Shown here: positions 63,213 to 64,000 of the stretch, in pieces
Layout of the letters: each line of letters starts with the position of its first letter
Position numbering within the stretch: the stretch's first letter is position 1
Origin: Camelus dromedarius
Lineage: Eukaryota
Length of the DNA: 64,000 bases
Assembly: GCF_036321535.1 (NCBI RefSeq)
Contig: NC_087437.1
Span: forward strand, 50,842,001-50,906,000
Direction of reading: 5' to 3'
The notes under the pieces: model-generated
What the model saw: the letters and a program-made list of their open reading frames with translations, nothing else
What the model was told of the DNA's origin: nothing
The model's database searches: none
Made by a program: the position numbers and the translations under genes

Positions 63213-64000
63213 CTGGAAAACCAATGGGAGTCCATAAAGGCAGAATGGCACAGTGGTTTGGAGCTCAGGCTCTGGAGCCAGAGAAGCAGAGCCCAATTCC
63301 CAATTCTGCTACCGTCTGACCATGTGACTTCACCTCCTTGAGCCTCAGTTTCATCATCTGTAGAAAGGAGATTTTAGTGGTAACAACCTCATAGTTTGTC
63401 ATGAGGATTAAATGATAATATACTTAGTGTGCTTGGCACCGGGCCTGATGTAGAAAGGTACTCAATAAAGATTGTCTGTTGTAGATTTTGCTACTTTTTA
63501 AGAAGTTCAAGTCTGTCTACCATCAAATATACTTCCTGCTTCTTCCCTCTAGCCTGGTCAGAAGCACTGAATCCTGGAACTTCATTCTGGCCACCTTCCA
63601 CTCCCCCTTGGTTCCAATTTCTTGAAATCCCAGACTTTGTTCACTACCAGGCTTCTTCTGGAAGAGAAGTTCTGACAGCACGCACACAAGAGCATCCAGA
63701 GACTTAGGAGAAAAGAACCAAAAGGGAGCAGCATGTGGCAGGGAGGTTGGGGGACTGGGTACCAACATCAAGTATTGACCCTTTGGAGTCTTGGACAAGT
63801 GAAGAAATCCACACCACAGATATCTGAACTCAAATGAAAAAGCAGAGATTTGGAGTCCAATACACCAGAGTTCCATGCTGCTTCCATCACCTGTGGTCAT
63901 GTGACCTTGGAGAAGCAACACAATTTCTGTAAAGGCCTATAATCACTCCTATGGCACCAGGTCATCTGCGCATTCATGAGGGACAAGCAGAGCACCTGGC

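Overview
Mammalian genomic DNA, probably a camelid or other artiodactyl judging by the lineage-type L1 3' ends, syntenic to the human MCF2L2-KLHL6 interval (3q27.1). Left part: MCF2L2 exon 1 and its CpG-island promoter (- strand), with a processed RPRD1A pseudogene in intron 1. Right part: the last four coding exons and 3' UTR of KLHL6 (- strand). Between them (about 16.4-27.8 kb, + strand) lies a composite fossil locus not visible as such in the ORF track. It starts with a copy of the MCCC1 promoter, exon 1 and part of exon 3. This is followed by a decayed but intron-containing copy of EIF4A2 exons 5-11 plus 3' UTR, then the last three exons of RFC4 in their native tail-to-tail arrangement. 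The protein frames are destroyed, but the EIF4A2 intronic H/ACA snoRNAs sit in their original introns: two SNORA63 copies and SNORA81 look intact, and SNORA4 looks dead. The best reading is a chimeric snoRNA host gene built from parts of two housekeeping genes, probably the orthologue of human LINC00888. The rest is mostly L1, L2, MIR, LTR and DNA-transposon debris. All homology calls are from manual reading against remembered sequences and need alignment confirmation.
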